A DNA stretch of 64,000 nucleotides. It comes from an uncultured Acidobacteriota bacterium (GTDB lineage: Bacteria > Acidobacteriota > Terriglobia > Terriglobales > Acidobacteriaceae). Below, in pieces: positions 25,025 through 35,149 of the stretch (positions within the stretch are counted from its first letter, which is position 1; every line of letters begins with the position of its first letter). A program made the position numbers and the translations under genes. A model generated the notes under the pieces. It made no database searches and had not been told where the DNA came from. It saw nothing but the letters and a program-made list of their open reading frames with translations. The DNA is taken from NCBI GenBank assembly GCA_963788435.1, contig CAWBIG010000032.1:1864-65863 (forward strand), written 5' to 3'.

Positions 25025-27901
25025 ATGGAAACGAGCCTTTCCAACCGCTTGCAAGCAACGCTGCTAGCCATCCTCACGGTGGGCCTGGTGCTGCTTGCGG
25101 TGTTGAACTTCGTTCAGGAGGGCGGGTCTGCGCTGCCCCCCACAGACGGGGTGTGGTGGACAGAGGCGGCCCACCATGCGGGGCTGATTGCGGAGAGAGT
25201 TCCGCCGGGCACGCCGGGCAAGCTGGCCGGGTTGCAGGCGGGCGATCTGCTGAGCGCGGTCAACGATGCGCCGGTGAAGCGGATCTCCGACTTTGAGCGG
25301 GAGCTACATCGAATAGGGCCATTTGGCGATGCGCGTTACACAATCACGCGCGACGGCATCCCGCTGGAAGCACCCGTGCTGGTGATCCCCGATAAGCAGG
25401 ACCGCAGCATGCAACAGGCGTTGCGCGTCATCGGGCTCATCTATCTTGCTATCGGCATTTACGTGCTTTTCCGGCGTTGGACAGCGCCGCGGGCAACGCA
25501 TTTCTACGTTTTCTGCCTGGTTTCCTTCGCCCTGTATGCCCTCAAGTACACCGGCATCATGGATAGCCTGGACTCCACCGTGTTCTGGTGCAACGTGTTG
25601 GCGGAGGCGCTGCAACCGGCGCTCTTTGTGCATTTTGCGCTCAGCTTTCCCGAGGAGAGGCTTAGCCGGACCAGGCGCGCATGGCTGCTGCCGCTGATTT
25701 ATCTTCCCGGTGCAGCCGTATTGGGCCTGCGGCTGTATGCCTTTCACTACTGGGAAGCAACGCAGTTGCTGGCCCACAAGCTTGACCAGGTGGGCACGGC
25801 TTACGACACCGTGTTTTACCTGCTGGCAACGGCACTGTTCCTACGCAGTTACGCCCGCGCGGGCACACCGCTGCTGCGGCAGCAGTTGAAGTGGTTGACC
25901 CGCGGAGCCTTGCTGGCGGTGCTGCCGTTTACACTTTTCAGCGCCATTCCCTTTCTGCTGGACATGCGGGTTCCGGCGCCCCTGTACCGGCTGGCTGGGC
26001 TGTCGCTTGTTTTCCTGCCCCTGACCTTCTGCTGGGCCATTGTGCGCTACCGGTTGATGGACACCGACCTGATCTTCAAGCGGGGCGTGGCCTATACGGT
26101 GGCGACAGGACTGATCCTTGGCGGGTACTTCGGAGTCATTGCCGGCGCGGCAGGGATCGCGCACAACCGATTGCCGGAGTCGGCGCGGAACTGGGGCGAG
26201 GCCATCGCCATCGTGCTGGTGGCGGCGTTCTTTGAGCCACTGAAGCGCCGGATCCAAAGCTGGGTGGATCGCGTCTTCGATCGGCAAAAGTACGACTACC
26301 GCAAGGCTCTGATCGAATTTGGACGAGGATTGAGTTCGGAGACGGACCTGACCGCGCTGCTCAACTCCATCGTTGAACGGCTGCCGCGGACGCTGCTGGT
26401 ATCGCGGGTGGCAATGTTCCTCCCCGGCCCGGACGGGAAGCTGTGCCTGGCTTCCGGACATGGGTTGCCGGCCGAGGTGAAGGCGGCGCAGGACAGCAGC
26501 GGCGGGCTGGACCTGGCTTTTCTTGACTTCGACAGTCATCACCAGAACCGCTCGCATATCTTTCTGGAGAATGCGCAGCAGGCGCTGCACCTGTATCCCA
26601 GCGAGCGGCGCACGGCAGCTCTGCTGGACCTGAACTACTACTTGCCTTGCCGGGTGCAGGACGGCGCCAAGACGCGCACCATCGCGATAATCGGCCTGGG
26701 CCGCACCGAGGGCGGCGACTTTCTTTCCAGCGAAGACGTGGAGCTGCTGGAATCGCTGGCCAGCTACATCGGAATTGCGCTGCAGAATGCCAGCCTGTAT
26801 GCCCAGCTCGAGGCGAAGATCAGCGAGTTCGAGCGGCTGAAGGAGTTCAACGAGAACATCGTCGAATCGATCAACGTAGGCATTCTCGCCGTGGATCTGA
26901 ACGACCGCGTGGAGAGCTGGAACGCGCAGATGGAAGCGATGTACGCATTGAGCCGCGGCGAGGTGCTGGGCCAGCCGCTGGGCAGCGTGTTCCCTCCCGA
27001 TTTTTGCGACGCCCTCGACAGTTTCCGCAACGAGGCCGGGGTGCATCACCTGTACAAGTTCCGGCTGACCACGCGCGCGGGAGAGCAGAGGACGGCGAAC
27101 GTGGCGGTGGCGCCGCTGCTGTCGCGGGAGTTTGTCCCCGTGGGCCGCATCGTCCTGGTCGACGACATCACGGAACGGGTCTCGCTGGAGACGCAACTGG
27201 CGCAGGCGGACAAGCTCAGCTCCATCGGGCTGCTGGCGGCGGGCGTAGCGCATGAAATCAACACCCCGCTGGCGGTCATCTCCAGCTACTCACAGATGCT
27301 GACCAAGCAGCTGCGCGGCGACGCCAAGCTGGGGCCGGTACTGGAGAAGATCACGCAGCAGAGTTTCCGCGCCGCGGAAATCGCCAACGGGCTGCTGAAT
27401 TTTTCGCGCACTTCCACCACGGAGATGAAGGCGACCGATCTGAACCAGGTCATCCGCGATACCTTGTCGCTGCTGGAGCACCAGTTCAAGACCGCGCAGA
27501 TCCAGGTGGAGCTGGCGCTGGCCGGCGACCTTCCCCCCATCCAAGGAAATTCCGGCAAGCTGCAGCAGGTGTTCTTGAACCTGCTGCTGAACGCCAAGGA
27601 AGCCATGCCGGGCGGCGGGCGCTTGAGCATCGCCACCCTGGTGAATGGGCACGTGGAGGCCATGGTGAGCGATTCCGGCACCGGCATCGCGCCGGAACAC
27701 ATGAAGCGCATCTACGATCCGTTCTTCACCACCAAGACCATGCCCAGACCGGGCGACAAGCGCGGCACCGGGCTGGGATTGAGCGTCTCCTACGGCATCA
27801 TGCAGGAACATGCGGGCAAGATCCATGTTGAAAGCACAGTCGGGGCCGGCACCACATTTCATCTTGAGTTTCCGCTACTGAGGAATTCTGTCCATGCCTG
27901 A
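25025..27901 (+). CDS. Sensor histidine kinase: TM, periplasmic PDZ, multi-TM block, GAF, PAS, HisKA, HATPase
   Basis: PDZ-like GKLAGLQAGDLLSAVNDAPVKRISDFE between TM1 and about 8 further TMs. H-box AAGVAHEINTPLAVI; N/G boxes LLNAKEAMPGGG, DSGTGI, GTGLGLSVSYGI. The start could also be ATG 24986. Confidence 0.9.
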   Translation: METSLSNRLQATLLAILTVGLVLLAVLNFVQEGGSALPPTDGVWWTEAAHHAGLIAERVPPGTPGKLAGLQAGDLLSAVNDAPVKRISDFERELHRIGPFGDARYTITRDGIPLEAPVLVIPDKQDRSMQQALRVIGLIYLAIGIYVLFRRWTAPRATHFYVFCLVSFALYALKYTGIMDSLDSTVFWCNVLAEALQPALFVHFALSFPEERLSRTRRAWLLPLIYLPGAAVLGLRLYAFHYWEATQLLAHKLDQVGTAYDTVFYLLATALFLRSYARAGTPLLRQQLKWLTRGALLAVLPFTLFSAIPFLLDMRVPAPLYRLAGLSLVFLPLTFCWAIVRYRLMDTDLIFKRGVAYTVATGLILGGYFGVIAGAAGIAHNRLPESARNWGEAIAIVLVAAFFEPLKRRIQSWVDRVFDRQKYDYRKALIEFGRGLSSETDLTALLNSIVERLPRTLLVSRVAMFLPGPDGKLCLASGHGLPAEVKAAQDSSGGLDLAFLDFDSHHQNRSHIFLENAQQALHLYPSERRTAALLDLNYYLPCRVQDGAKTRTIAIIGLGRTEGGDFLSSEDVELLESLASYIGIALQNASLYAQLEAKISEFERLKEFNENIVESINVGILAVDLNDRVESWNAQMEAMYALSRGEVLGQPLGSVFPPDFCDALDSFRNEAGVHHLYKFRLTTRAGEQRTANVAVAPLLSREFVPVGRIVLVDDITERVSLETQLAQADKLSSIGLLAAGVAHEINTPLAVISSYSQMLTKQLRGDAKLGPVLEKITQQSFRAAEIANGLLNFSRTSTTEMKATDLNQVIRDTLSLLEHQFKTAQIQVELALAGDLPPIQGNSGKLQQVFLNLLLNAKEAMPGGGRLSIATLVNGHVEAMVSDSGTGIAPEHMKRIYDPFFTTKTMPRPGDKRGTGLGLSVSYGIMQEHAGKIHVESTVGAGTTFHLEFPLLRNSVHA

Positions 27902-29330
27902 GGTCGATCTTCCCTTGAATCTGCCGGCGCCAGCCGCCACGTCCACCAGCACCGCCAGCGTCCTGGTGATCGACGACGAAGCGGCCATTCGCGACTCGCT
28001 CGAGGTGCTGCTGACACTCGAAGGCTATGAGGTGAAGATGGCCGCGGACGGCGAACAGGGCCTGCGGATTCTCGAGCTCGAGAACTTCGACCTGGTGTTG
28101 CTGGACCTGGCCCTGCCGGGACGCAGCGGGCTGGAGCTGCTGCCCATGATCAAAGACCGGCAGCCGGAGATCCCGGTCATCATGATCACCGCCTATGGGA
28201 CGGTGGATAACGTGGTGGAGGCCATCCGGGCCGGCGCGGAGAACTTTGTTCAAAAGCCGTGGGACAACGAGAAACTGCTGGCCGACATTCGTTCGGCGGT
28301 GGCGCGGCACAAGGCGGAAGAAGAGAATCTGCAGCTCAAGCGCACGCTGAAGCAGCGCTACAACTTCACCAACATCGTGGGCAAAAGCGACATCATGCTG
28401 CGCGTCTTCGACCTGGTGGCGCAGGTGGCGCCCAGCCGCTCCACGGTGCTGATCCAGGGCGAGAGCGGCACGGGCAAGGAACTGGTGGCCAAGGCGATTC
28501 ACGCCAACTCGCCGCGCCGCGACAAGCCCTTTGTGCCCATCAACACCGGAGCCATGCCGTCGGAGCTGCTTGAATCCACGCTGTTCGGCCACGTGAAGGG
28601 CGCGTTCACCTCGGCCATCGCTTCAAAGAAGGGCCTGTTTGAAGTGGCCAACGGCGGGACGCTGTTCCTGGATGAGATCGCCACGATGGGCCAGGACACG
28701 CAGGCCAAGATCCTGCGCGTGCTCCAGGACCGCAAGTTCATGCACCTCGGCGGCATCCAGGAGATCCAGGTGGACGTGCGCATCATCGCCGCCACCAACG
28801 TGGACCTGCGCCAGGCGGTGCGCGACGGCCGCTTCCGCGAAGACCTGTTCTACCGCCTCAACGTGATTACCGTGGACCTGCCGCCGCTGCGCGCCCGCCG
28901 CGAAGACATTCCCCCGCTGGTGCAGCACTTCCTGGAGTTCTACTGCAACGAGAACGGTATGCCGCCGCGGAAGCTGTCGCCGGACGCCATGCGCGCGCTG
29001 ATGGATTACGACTGGCCCGGCAATGTGCGCGAGCTGGAAAACTCGATCGAGCGCGGCGTGGTGCTCTCCTCGGGGTCGGTGATCGGCAGCGAACTGCTTC
29101 CCGGGCATATCAGCGGCCGCAGCTTCCAGGACGCGCTGCTTGAGCACAATCCGAATGCGTCGCTGTTCGACATCCTCGAAGATATCGAGCGCCGCATCAT
29201 TATTGAGAAGCTGGAACGCTGCAACTGGAACCAGACCGACGCCGCCGAGCAGTTCCGCATCCCGCTCTCCACGCTGAACCAGAAAATCAAGCGCCTGACC
29301 ATTGAAATCCGCAAGCGCAACCGGGAGTAG
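27894..29330 (+). CDS. Sigma-54-dependent response regulator (NtrC family: REC, AAA+, Fis-type HTH)
   Basis: VLVIDDE..DLVLLDLALPG receiver, GESGTGKELVAKAIH Walker A, GAFTSA (GAFTGA-like) loop, and a C-terminal HTH (NQTDAAEQFRIPLSTLNQKIKRL). The start overlaps the kinase stop. Confidence 0.93.
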   Translation: MPEVDLPLNLPAPAATSTSTASVLVIDDEAAIRDSLEVLLTLEGYEVKMAADGEQGLRILELENFDLVLLDLALPGRSGLELLPMIKDRQPEIPVIMITAYGTVDNVVEAIRAGAENFVQKPWDNEKLLADIRSAVARHKAEEENLQLKRTLKQRYNFTNIVGKSDIMLRVFDLVAQVAPSRSTVLIQGESGTGKELVAKAIHANSPRRDKPFVPINTGAMPSELLESTLFGHVKGAFTSAIASKKGLFEVANGGTLFLDEIATMGQDTQAKILRVLQDRKFMHLGGIQEIQVDVRIIAATNVDLRQAVRDGRFREDLFYRLNVITVDLPPLRARREDIPPLVQHFLEFYCNENGMPPRKLSPDAMRALMDYDWPGNVRELENSIERGVVLSSGSVIGSELLPGHISGRSFQDALLEHNPNASLFDILEDIERRIIIEKLERCNWNQTDAAEQFRIPLSTLNQKIKRLTIEIRKRNRE

Positions 29331-29460
29331 AACTGGTTGCGTAAAGGGCACGTGTTCAGTCGTGCCCGACAAACGCGGCAAAGACAGCCGAAGAGAGCCC
29401 GGGCCTGAAGGCCCTCAAGACGCCCACATTTTCCGGGGGCTGCAGCCCCGGCTCCCTCCA
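29330..29460. repeat. 3'-flank REP-like element, family GAACTGGTTGC...AAAGGGCACG..AGTCGTGCC, with further GC hairpins
   Basis: It starts at the stop codon and shares its opening with 58427-58520. Hairpins: GGGCACG-N8-CGTGCCC, GGGCC-TGAA-GGCCC, GGGGCTGCAGCCCC. Confidence 0.7.
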
Positions 29461-29517
29461 GAATTGCAACAGAAAACTCGCTGGCGGCGCGCCTCCATTT
29501 GCTACTCTGGGCACAAC

Positions 29518-30807
29518 ATGAAGAAGAAATCTGCAGCAATCAGCGTATCTTTGCTTCTGATTTGCTCTCTTCCTTTGCTCGCTCAAAAGAAGTCCCGCCC
29601 CCAGGCAATCCTCTTTCAAGGCGCACCGCAATATACGCAACAGGAACTGCTGGCGGCCGCCGGCCTGAAGCCGGGAACGCATTTGAACTCTCTCGAAGTG
29701 AAAGCCCACGCCAAGCTGCTGAACGACACCGGTCTCTTCAAGGAGATCCGGTTCAAGTCCGACAGCAAGACACTGCTGTTCACGTTGACGCCTTCCAGCC
29801 AGCTGTTCCCCATGCACCTGGACAATGTGCCTCTTACGCCGGGCAAAGAACTCGACGCCACCCTCCGCGGGCGCTTCCCGCTCTACCGCGATCTTTTGCC
29901 GGCCAGCGGCTCCATGGTGGAAGGAATCTGCCGGACGTTTGAAGAGATGCTGGCAGCCAAAGGCGCCAAGGCTACTGTAAATGCCGCTCTCACCAGCGGC
30001 GTGGGCCCCAACAAGCTCACGGCTCAAAACTTCACAGTGGTTTCGCCGGCGGTGCACATCGGCCGCATTCAGCTGGCCGGCGTCTCGGGGGCCATGCAGG
30101 CCAAGGCCGGCCCTCTGGCCGCGGGGCAATCCGGGAATGGCTTCGACACGGAGAACACGGCTATCGGACTTCAGCACGTTTTCGAGGACCTCTATCACGA
30201 TCAGGGTTATGCGGCCGTCGAAGTCGAGGTGGCCCAATCCGAACCTCTCATCGTCTCGGATCAGTCCATCGATGTTCCCTTTGCGGTAACGATCAAAGAG
30301 GGAGAAATCTACAAACTCGGAACCATCGATCTTCCGGCCGGAGCGCTGGTTACGCGCGCAGAGGTTGAGAAAACGCTGTCGAAAGAGCCCACGGGTTCGG
30401 GACGGCCGCTCGATCTCTTTGTCATCGCCGTCCGCGACGCGTACAAAGCCATCGGCTATCTCGATTGCTCCATCGCTTTACATCCTTCCTTTAGCGAAGC
30501 CACTCATATAGTGAACTACCGGATCGAAATCGATCCAGGCTCGCAGTACCGGCTAGCCTCGGTCCAATTCGACGGCGCGCCGGAGGGGATGGCGGCCAAA
30601 CTCAAGCTCGCCTGGAAGAAGGCTCCCGGAGACCTTTTTGATGAGAGCTACGTCTCAACTTTTCTAAAGTCGGCACAGAAGAGAGACAAGTTTCTGTCGA
30701 AATGGATGCAGACAGTCATCGCCACTTACGACATCAAGTCCGACCCTGTCACGCACGAGGTCACCTGTATCTTTCATTTCGCTAAACCCGTTCAGGGCGT
30801 GCGATAG
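29518..30807 (+). CDS. Secreted protein made of POTRA-like repeats with no beta-barrel
   Basis: Signal peptide MKKKSAAISVSLLLICSLPLLAQ. Repeats of the POTRA pattern read by eye (ILFQGAPQYTQQELLAAAGLKPG..LNDTGLFKEIRF; IYKLGTIDLPAGALVTRAEVEKTL..AYKAIGYLDCSI; YRLASVQFDGAPEGMAAKLKLAWKKAPGDLFDESYV). At 429 aa it is too short for an Omp85 barrel. Confidence 0.55.
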   Translation: MKKKSAAISVSLLLICSLPLLAQKKSRPQAILFQGAPQYTQQELLAAAGLKPGTHLNSLEVKAHAKLLNDTGLFKEIRFKSDSKTLLFTLTPSSQLFPMHLDNVPLTPGKELDATLRGRFPLYRDLLPASGSMVEGICRTFEEMLAAKGAKATVNAALTSGVGPNKLTAQNFTVVSPAVHIGRIQLAGVSGAMQAKAGPLAAGQSGNGFDTENTAIGLQHVFEDLYHDQGYAAVEVEVAQSEPLIVSDQSIDVPFAVTIKEGEIYKLGTIDLPAGALVTRAEVEKTLSKEPTGSGRPLDLFVIAVRDAYKAIGYLDCSIALHPSFSEATHIVNYRIEIDPGSQYRLASVQFDGAPEGMAAKLKLAWKKAPGDLFDESYVSTFLKSAQKRDKFLSKWMQTVIATYDIKSDPVTHEVTCIFHFAKPVQGVR

Positions 30808-30855
30808 CTTGATGACGGCGCCAGGTGAATGAAAGCATAGCGATGCGATTTCGGC

Positions 30856-31683
30856 TCAGGCCGCGCGCTTCCGCGGCTCGCGCTGCAGCGCCTTGAACCA
30901 GCGCTTGAGGAACATCCGGATGCCTGAGGGCGGCCGCAGCCACGTATCGGCCGCTGTCTCCCGCACTTCCTCGCGCATCAGCACGCTCAAGTGGGGATTG
31001 GTGACGCTGCCCACGGCTCGGAATGCGGCCTCGTCGGTGATATCGTCGCCTACGTAAGCCACGGGAGTTCCTGGCTCTGCTTCAGCAATCAGGCTTGAAA
31101 CTGCTCCTCCCTTGTCGCGGCCGACGCGGAGTTCCAGGCCGCCCTCGAACTCGAGCAGCATCAGTCCCTCCATGCACGCCATCGGCTCGAAGAGCTCGCG
31201 GGCGCGCATTTCAATGAACTTGGCCGTCCGCGGAGAAGCGCCACGCCAATGCATCACAGCAGCGTTGGGCTTGTCTTCGAATTCGCCGCCCAGATTATTG
31301 TGGCGCAGAAACTCTCTCAGCTCGTGGAGCTTGCGTTGAGTGGAGGCGGGCGCTTCTTCCAGCTCGCGCCGGCCGTCGGCGTAAATTCGTTCGGCGCCGT
31401 GCAGTCCCCAGACCTCGACGGGCTGGTCGACCACCGGAGGATTGCCGCGGAGCAGAACCACAATCTCGCGCGCGGGCCGGCCGGTGATGACAACCAGGCG
31501 GGTCCGGCCCTGGTGGAGAATTCGCGCGATCCCTTCGCGCACGCCGGTGTAGGGGCGCGCCTTAAATCGATCCACGCGAAACGGTGCGAGGGTCCCATCG
31601 TAATCCAACAAAAGCAGCGGCTTTACCCCGGGATGAAACGCGCTGAAGAAGGTTTGGAGCGCATTGGCGGCTTCGTCTGTCAC
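30856..31683 (-). CDS. otsB: Trehalose-6-phosphate phosphatase (HAD family)
   Basis: LLLDYDGTLAP (DxDxT), VVITGR, and YVGDDITDEAAF motifs. The start is uncertain: GTG 31683 (AAGGA upstream) or ATG 31812 overlapping otsA. The longer track ORF N-terminus is implausible. Confidence 0.8.
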   Translation of the reverse strand: MTDEAANALQTFFSAFHPGVKPLLLLDYDGTLAPFRVDRFKARPYTGVREGIARILHQGRTRLVVITGRPAREIVVLLRGNPPVVDQPVEVWGLHGAERIYADGRRELEEAPASTQRKLHELREFLRHNNLGGEFEDKPNAAVMHWRGASPRTAKFIEMRARELFEPMACMEGLMLLEFEGGLELRVGRDKGGAVSSLIAEAEPGTPVAYVGDDITDEAAFRAVGSVTNPHLSVLMREEVRETAADTWLRPPSGIRMFLKRWFKALQREPRKRAA

Positions 31684-31786
31684 TGTATTGGGTCCTTTTA
31701 TTGCAGTCTTGAAATAACCTGAACTAGCTGGGGAAACATTGCGCCAAATCTTGCGTTGCCGGTTGGGATAAGGCGGGCCTCCGTGC

Positions 31787-34102
31787 TTAGGCGGGTTTGC
31801 GTTCGGGCTCATCGGCGCCCTGCCACGCCATCGATACTGCCGGTGTTCCCGAAAAGGCATCCTGATTCTCGATCCGCAGCTCGCGCAGGTCGCCCAGCAC
31901 GTTGGCTGCCCATCGGTACACGTTATGTTCCATGATCTGGCGACGCATTCGCTGCATACGCAAGCGGCGCTCCGAGGGGCGCATCTCCAGGGCGAAGTGG
32001 ATGGCCTCGGCCACACCCTGAACGTCGTACGGATTGACGATTAGCGCATCGCGCAGCTCGATGGCGGCTCCGGTGAATTTGCTCAGCACCAGCACGCCGT
32101 CCTCGTCCTCGCGCGCGGCCAGGTACTCCTTGGCCACCAGGTTCATGCCATCGTGCAGGGAGGTCACAAGACAGACGTCGGCGGCTCGATACCAGGTGGT
32201 TACCTCTTCGTGATTACATTGGCGCTCGATGAGGAGAACTGGGCGCCAGTCCGCCGTCTGGAAGCGGGTGTTGATGCGGTCGACCGCTGCCTCGATCCGG
32301 CGTTGCAACTCCGCGTAGCTGGGAATGCGGGTGCGGCTGGGCGCGGCAATCTGCACCATGGTCACGCGCTCGCGATGCCAGGGATGCTCTTCGAGGAGAA
32401 GCTCAAATGCATTCAGGCGCTCCTCAATGCCCTTGGTGTAATCGAGCCGGTCGACTCCGAGGATCAGGCTCTCCGCGCGCGCGCCGAACTCGCGCAGCAG
32501 CTCGTCGCGCGTCTTGCCCCAGGCGGCGCGCTCGGCGCCGGAGGGATCAATGGCCACGCTGACGGGATAAGGGCGGACAGTCGTGGTTTGGCCGCGACGC
32601 CGGGCTGTCATGTGCTCGCGGTCGGTGCGCGATTCAAGCACGCGATCGACAGTGTCGAGGAAATTATTGCAATGGAGTGGGATGTGGAAGCCAATAAGAT
32701 CGGCGCCCAGCAAGCCCTCCAGGAGCTCGGACTGCCATGGGCAAATCCCGAATGCTTCCGGGTTGGGCCACGGAATGTGCCAGAAGATGGCGACGCGGGC
32801 ATCGGGACGCGCGGCTTTGATCATGCGCGGCAGCAGTGCGAAGTGATAGTCCTGTGCGAAGACGATGGGGTTGGGACAGTTTTCCATCTCATGCAGGAGG
32901 GCCAGCGCAAACTTGCGGTTCACCTCCTGGTAGCATTCCCAGTCCGAGGCGCGAAACAGCGGCCTGGTGTGAGCGATGTGACAGAGTGGCCACAGGCCCT
33001 CATTGGCGAAGCCGTCGTAGTAGCCACTCTCCTCCGCTTCAGAGAGCCAGACACGGCGCAGCGTGTACCGCGGGGCATCTGGAGGAACACGGAGCCGATC
33101 GTTCTCGTCCACCATGAAGCGGTCTTCGCTGCCGCTGCCAAGGGCGACCCAGACGCCGTCGCAGGCGCGCAGGACCGGCTCGATTGCCGTGACCAGCCCG
33201 CTGGGTGGAACCACGCAGACAGTTTCCCTGCCCTGGCGGATGTGCATGTAGGGTTCGCGGTTGGAAACAACGAAGATGCTTCCGGCGCCAGTGCGCCGCC
33301 GCACATGGACTGTGAGGCGCTCGGCTGTCCACAGATTCTCTCCCGCCTCGCGCAACCGGGCTTCGGCGGCGGCCGCGGCGCGCGCCTCCAGGAGGCTCTC
33401 GGTGATGTTCTCCATCTCTCGGGCGATGGGCGAAAACAGGCTCAGATCCTCGACGTGGCCGCTTATTTTGTGGATCGGCTCGCCCATGCGCAGCAAACGC
33501 AGCCGCTCCGCAAGCCGGCTGACGGGCCGCAGAATCGACCAGCGTACAACCATCACCGTAACCCCCACGATCAGGATCACCAGAGCGACAATGCGCCAAA
33601 AAGTCTGGCGCCAGACCTCCGTAGCTTCCGCGCGAATGTATCCGGCATCCTCCAGAACGACGAGGGCTCCGGCGGGCCGGCCGGCCGCATGCAGGGGCAT
33701 TGCATTTTCGAGCCAGTCTTGATTGCCGGTGCGTCCAAACACGGCGGTATTCGATCCATGTTTGATGGCCAGCTTGACTGGATCGCTCTTGAGGGACCGA
33801 AGGATGGGCGGCGGACCCTCCGCATTGACCAAGACTCCATTCCGGTCGTAGATGGCGAGGCCGAGCGCTTCATCGTGGCTACGCAATTCCTCCGCCACGG
33901 CCCTGATATCAGGTATGGCGCCCGCTGCCAGCGCCCTCTCCACGAAGGGTTGCAGGCTGGTGCCAAGCCAACCGGTACGGCGCTCCAATTCGACCCGCAG
34001 CACGTGCTTCCGCGCCAGCACCTCAAAATACGTGGAGGCGAGAGAAACCACAGTGATACCCGCGATAAGGGCAAGGATCAACCGTGTGCGGAATCGATGC
34101 AT
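31787..34102 (-). CDS. otsA: Trehalose-6-phosphate synthase (GT20) with an N-terminal 2-TM sensor-like plus HAMP-like extension
   Basis: The C-terminal about 495 aa are GT20 ([55 protein letters not shown]). The N-terminal about 275 aa carry TM1 [19 protein letters not shown], an about 150-aa loop, TM2 [19 protein letters not shown] and then an amphipathic HAMP-like linker. Confidence 0.88.
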   Translation of the reverse strand: MHRFRTRLILALIAGITVVSLASTYFEVLARKHVLRVELERRTGWLGTSLQPFVERALAAGAIPDIRAVAEELRSHDEALGLAIYDRNGVLVNAEGPPPILRSLKSDPVKLAIKHGSNTAVFGRTGNQDWLENAMPLHAAGRPAGALVVLEDAGYIRAEATEVWRQTFWRIVALVILIVGVTVMVVRWSILRPVSRLAERLRLLRMGEPIHKISGHVEDLSLFSPIAREMENITESLLEARAAAAAEARLREAGENLWTAERLTVHVRRRTGAGSIFVVSNREPYMHIRQGRETVCVVPPSGLVTAIEPVLRACDGVWVALGSGSEDRFMVDENDRLRVPPDAPRYTLRRVWLSEAEESGYYDGFANEGLWPLCHIAHTRPLFRASDWECYQEVNRKFALALLHEMENCPNPIVFAQDYHFALLPRMIKAARPDARVAIFWHIPWPNPEAFGICPWQSELLEGLLGADLIGFHIPLHCNNFLDTVDRVLESRTDREHMTARRRGQTTTVRPYPVSVAIDPSGAERAAWGKTRDELLREFGARAESLILGVDRLDYTKGIEERLNAFELLLEEHPWHRERVTMVQIAAPSRTRIPSYAELQRRIEAAVDRINTRFQTADWRPVLLIERQCNHEEVTTWYRAADVCLVTSLHDGMNLVAKEYLAAREDEDGVLVLSKFTGAAIELRDALIVNPYDVQGVAEAIHFALEMRPSERRLRMQRMRRQIMEHNVYRWAANVLGDLRELRIENQDAFSGTPAVSMAWQGADEPERKPA

Positions 34103-34372
34103 TCCTAGTCTCCGTGTGGCGGACACACCTCGGCTACTTCTCACGCACGTTGCACGCTGAGGTCCGAATAGTAAGATGCCTGAAACAGGCTACTTGGCCG
34201 TTTCGCCATTTACCTGGATCAGGGAAAATCTTCCCATGCCCGGTAGATTCTGCAACATGCATGCGACCCTCGCCGCTTAACAGAATGGGCGGACGCCCTC
34301 TATGCGCTATCCTGTCGGGAAGGGCAGCGCGCCGGGCAGATCGGCCGCGTTCCATGGTTCGAGCGGCAACCG

Positions 34373-35149
34373 ATGGCGTTAGAAACGATCGACAGAACCG
34401 GCAAGCAGATTGTGTTGACCGTGCAGGAGTATACCCTGTTCGCGGCACGGGCCCTGTCTAACCTGTTCTCGCCGCCAGTTTACTGGTCGGACTTTATCCT
34501 GCAAGGGAACATCATCGGCGTCGGATCGGCGACCATCGTCATTTTTGCCGGATTCTTTACCGGGGGCGTGCTGGCGGTGCAGTCCGCGGCCACGCTGGCT
34601 TCGTTTGGCGCTACGGCCGTAACCGGACGATTTGTGAGCACCTCCATGATCCGGGAACTGGGCGCGGTGCTGACCGGCATCATGGTCTCCGGGCGCAACG
34701 CTTCCTCCATGGCCAGCGAGCTCGGCTCCATGGTGGTGACCGAGCAGATTGACGCAATGCGCGCATTGGGCGTGGATCCGATGCGGAAGCTGGTGACCCC
34801 GCGCATTGTGGCCACGGTGACCACTCTGTTCTTCCTTACCATTGTCGCGGATTTTTGCGGCATCCTGGGCGGGGCGGCCGTGACCGTATTCATGAACCAC
34901 CAGAACGGCGACCAATACTTATCCCAGGCTTACGTGTTCCTGCGCTTCCCGGATATTCTGCAGGGCCTGGTCAAGCCGCTGTTCTTCGGCTTCATCATCG
35001 CATCCGTCGGCTGCTTTTACGGCATGCGCACCACAGGTGGCACGGAGGGAGTAGGCCGCTCCACGATCTCCGCGGTCGTTTTTTCCTCCGTGCTCATCAT
35101 CTTTGTGGACCTGCTGATCAGCACCGTAATGGTTTCGATCTTTCGATGA
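34373..35149 (+). CDS. mlaE: MlaE-family ABC transporter permease (lipid asymmetry maintenance)
   Basis: 258 aa with MlaE signatures (IRELGAVLTGIMVSGRNASSMASELGSMVVTEQIDAMRALGVDP). Confidence 0.88.
   Translation: MALETIDRTGKQIVLTVQEYTLFAARALSNLFSPPVYWSDFILQGNIIGVGSATIVIFAGFFTGGVLAVQSAATLASFGATAVTGRFVSTSMIRELGAVLTGIMVSGRNASSMASELGSMVVTEQIDAMRALGVDPMRKLVTPRIVATVTTLFFLTIVADFCGILGGAAVTVFMNHQNGDQYLSQAYVFLRFPDILQGLVKPLFFGFIIASVGCFYGMRTTGGTEGVGRSTISAVVFSSVLIIFVDLLISTVMVSIFR

Noticed and set aside
29331-29517. Sigma-54 promoter for the POTRA-repeat gene
   Set aside because: I searched for GG-N10-GC with TGGCAC/TTGC context. The only TGGC (29482) is 6 nt out of register with the nearest TTGC, so no promoter is claimed.
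32153-34108. 651-aa ORF antisense to otsA
   Set aside because: Shadow ORF. GT20 motifs are on the minus strand. The same reasoning applies to 25841-27253, 42218-43603, 55201-56454 and 59438-60628, opposite the kinase, BNR protein, DHA2 transporter and porin genes.
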